Positions 63,900 through 64,000 of a DNA stretch of 64,000 nt are shown piece by piece (the first letter of the stretch is position 1; each line of letters opens with the position of its first letter). The notes beneath the pieces are model-generated. The model did not search any database and was not told the origin of the DNA. It saw only the letters and a list, made by a program, of their open reading frames with translations. The DNA is from Octopus sinensis (Eukaryota): positions 20,150,001 through 20,214,000 of the forward strand of contig NC_042998.1 of assembly GCF_006345805.1 (NCBI RefSeq). Reading direction: 5' to 3'. The position numbers and the translations under genes were made by a program.

Positions 63900-64000
63900 T
63901 GTAGTAGTAGTAGTAGTCTTTCACGATGACGATAACTGTTATTGCTATTGTTTAGCCCCAGGTCAGATTGTTTTATGATTAAAAACTTTCCACCCGATAC

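Overview
AT-rich animal non-coding DNA (intergenic or a large intron) with no recognisable host protein-coding exon. Most of the supplied ORFs are translations of microsatellites; the rest are decayed transposon fragments. The repeat content resembles an octopod cephalopod genome (inference, not checked). It includes at least four tRNA-headed SINE families and fragments of CR1/L2-group, RTE/BovB, R4/Dong (always in TAA repeats) and L1/Tx1 LINEs. It also holds two Penelope-like GIY-YIG elements, a mariner pseudogene, non-autonomous Helitrons, three MITEs, and one 100-N gap. Four observations stand out. (1) One SINE forms head-to-tail arrays at five loci with the same junction, AAAGAAATA|GGTATTTC, falling exactly at the 3' edge of a hairpin loop in the tRNA-like head. 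This points to a repeatable self-insertion, template-jumping or RNA-processing mechanism. (2) Several minimal hammerhead-ribozyme-like motifs lie in Penelope-type termini, including a recurrent non-canonical CTGTCGAA core. (3) Short element termini or nearby sequence are copied in inverted orientation, most clearly in a 236-bp palindrome whose spacer is templated from about 350 bp upstream. (4) A roughly 550-nt non-coding, headless element sits in TAA repeats with the same polarity as the Dong LINEs. All family names come from motif recognition only; no database search was run.
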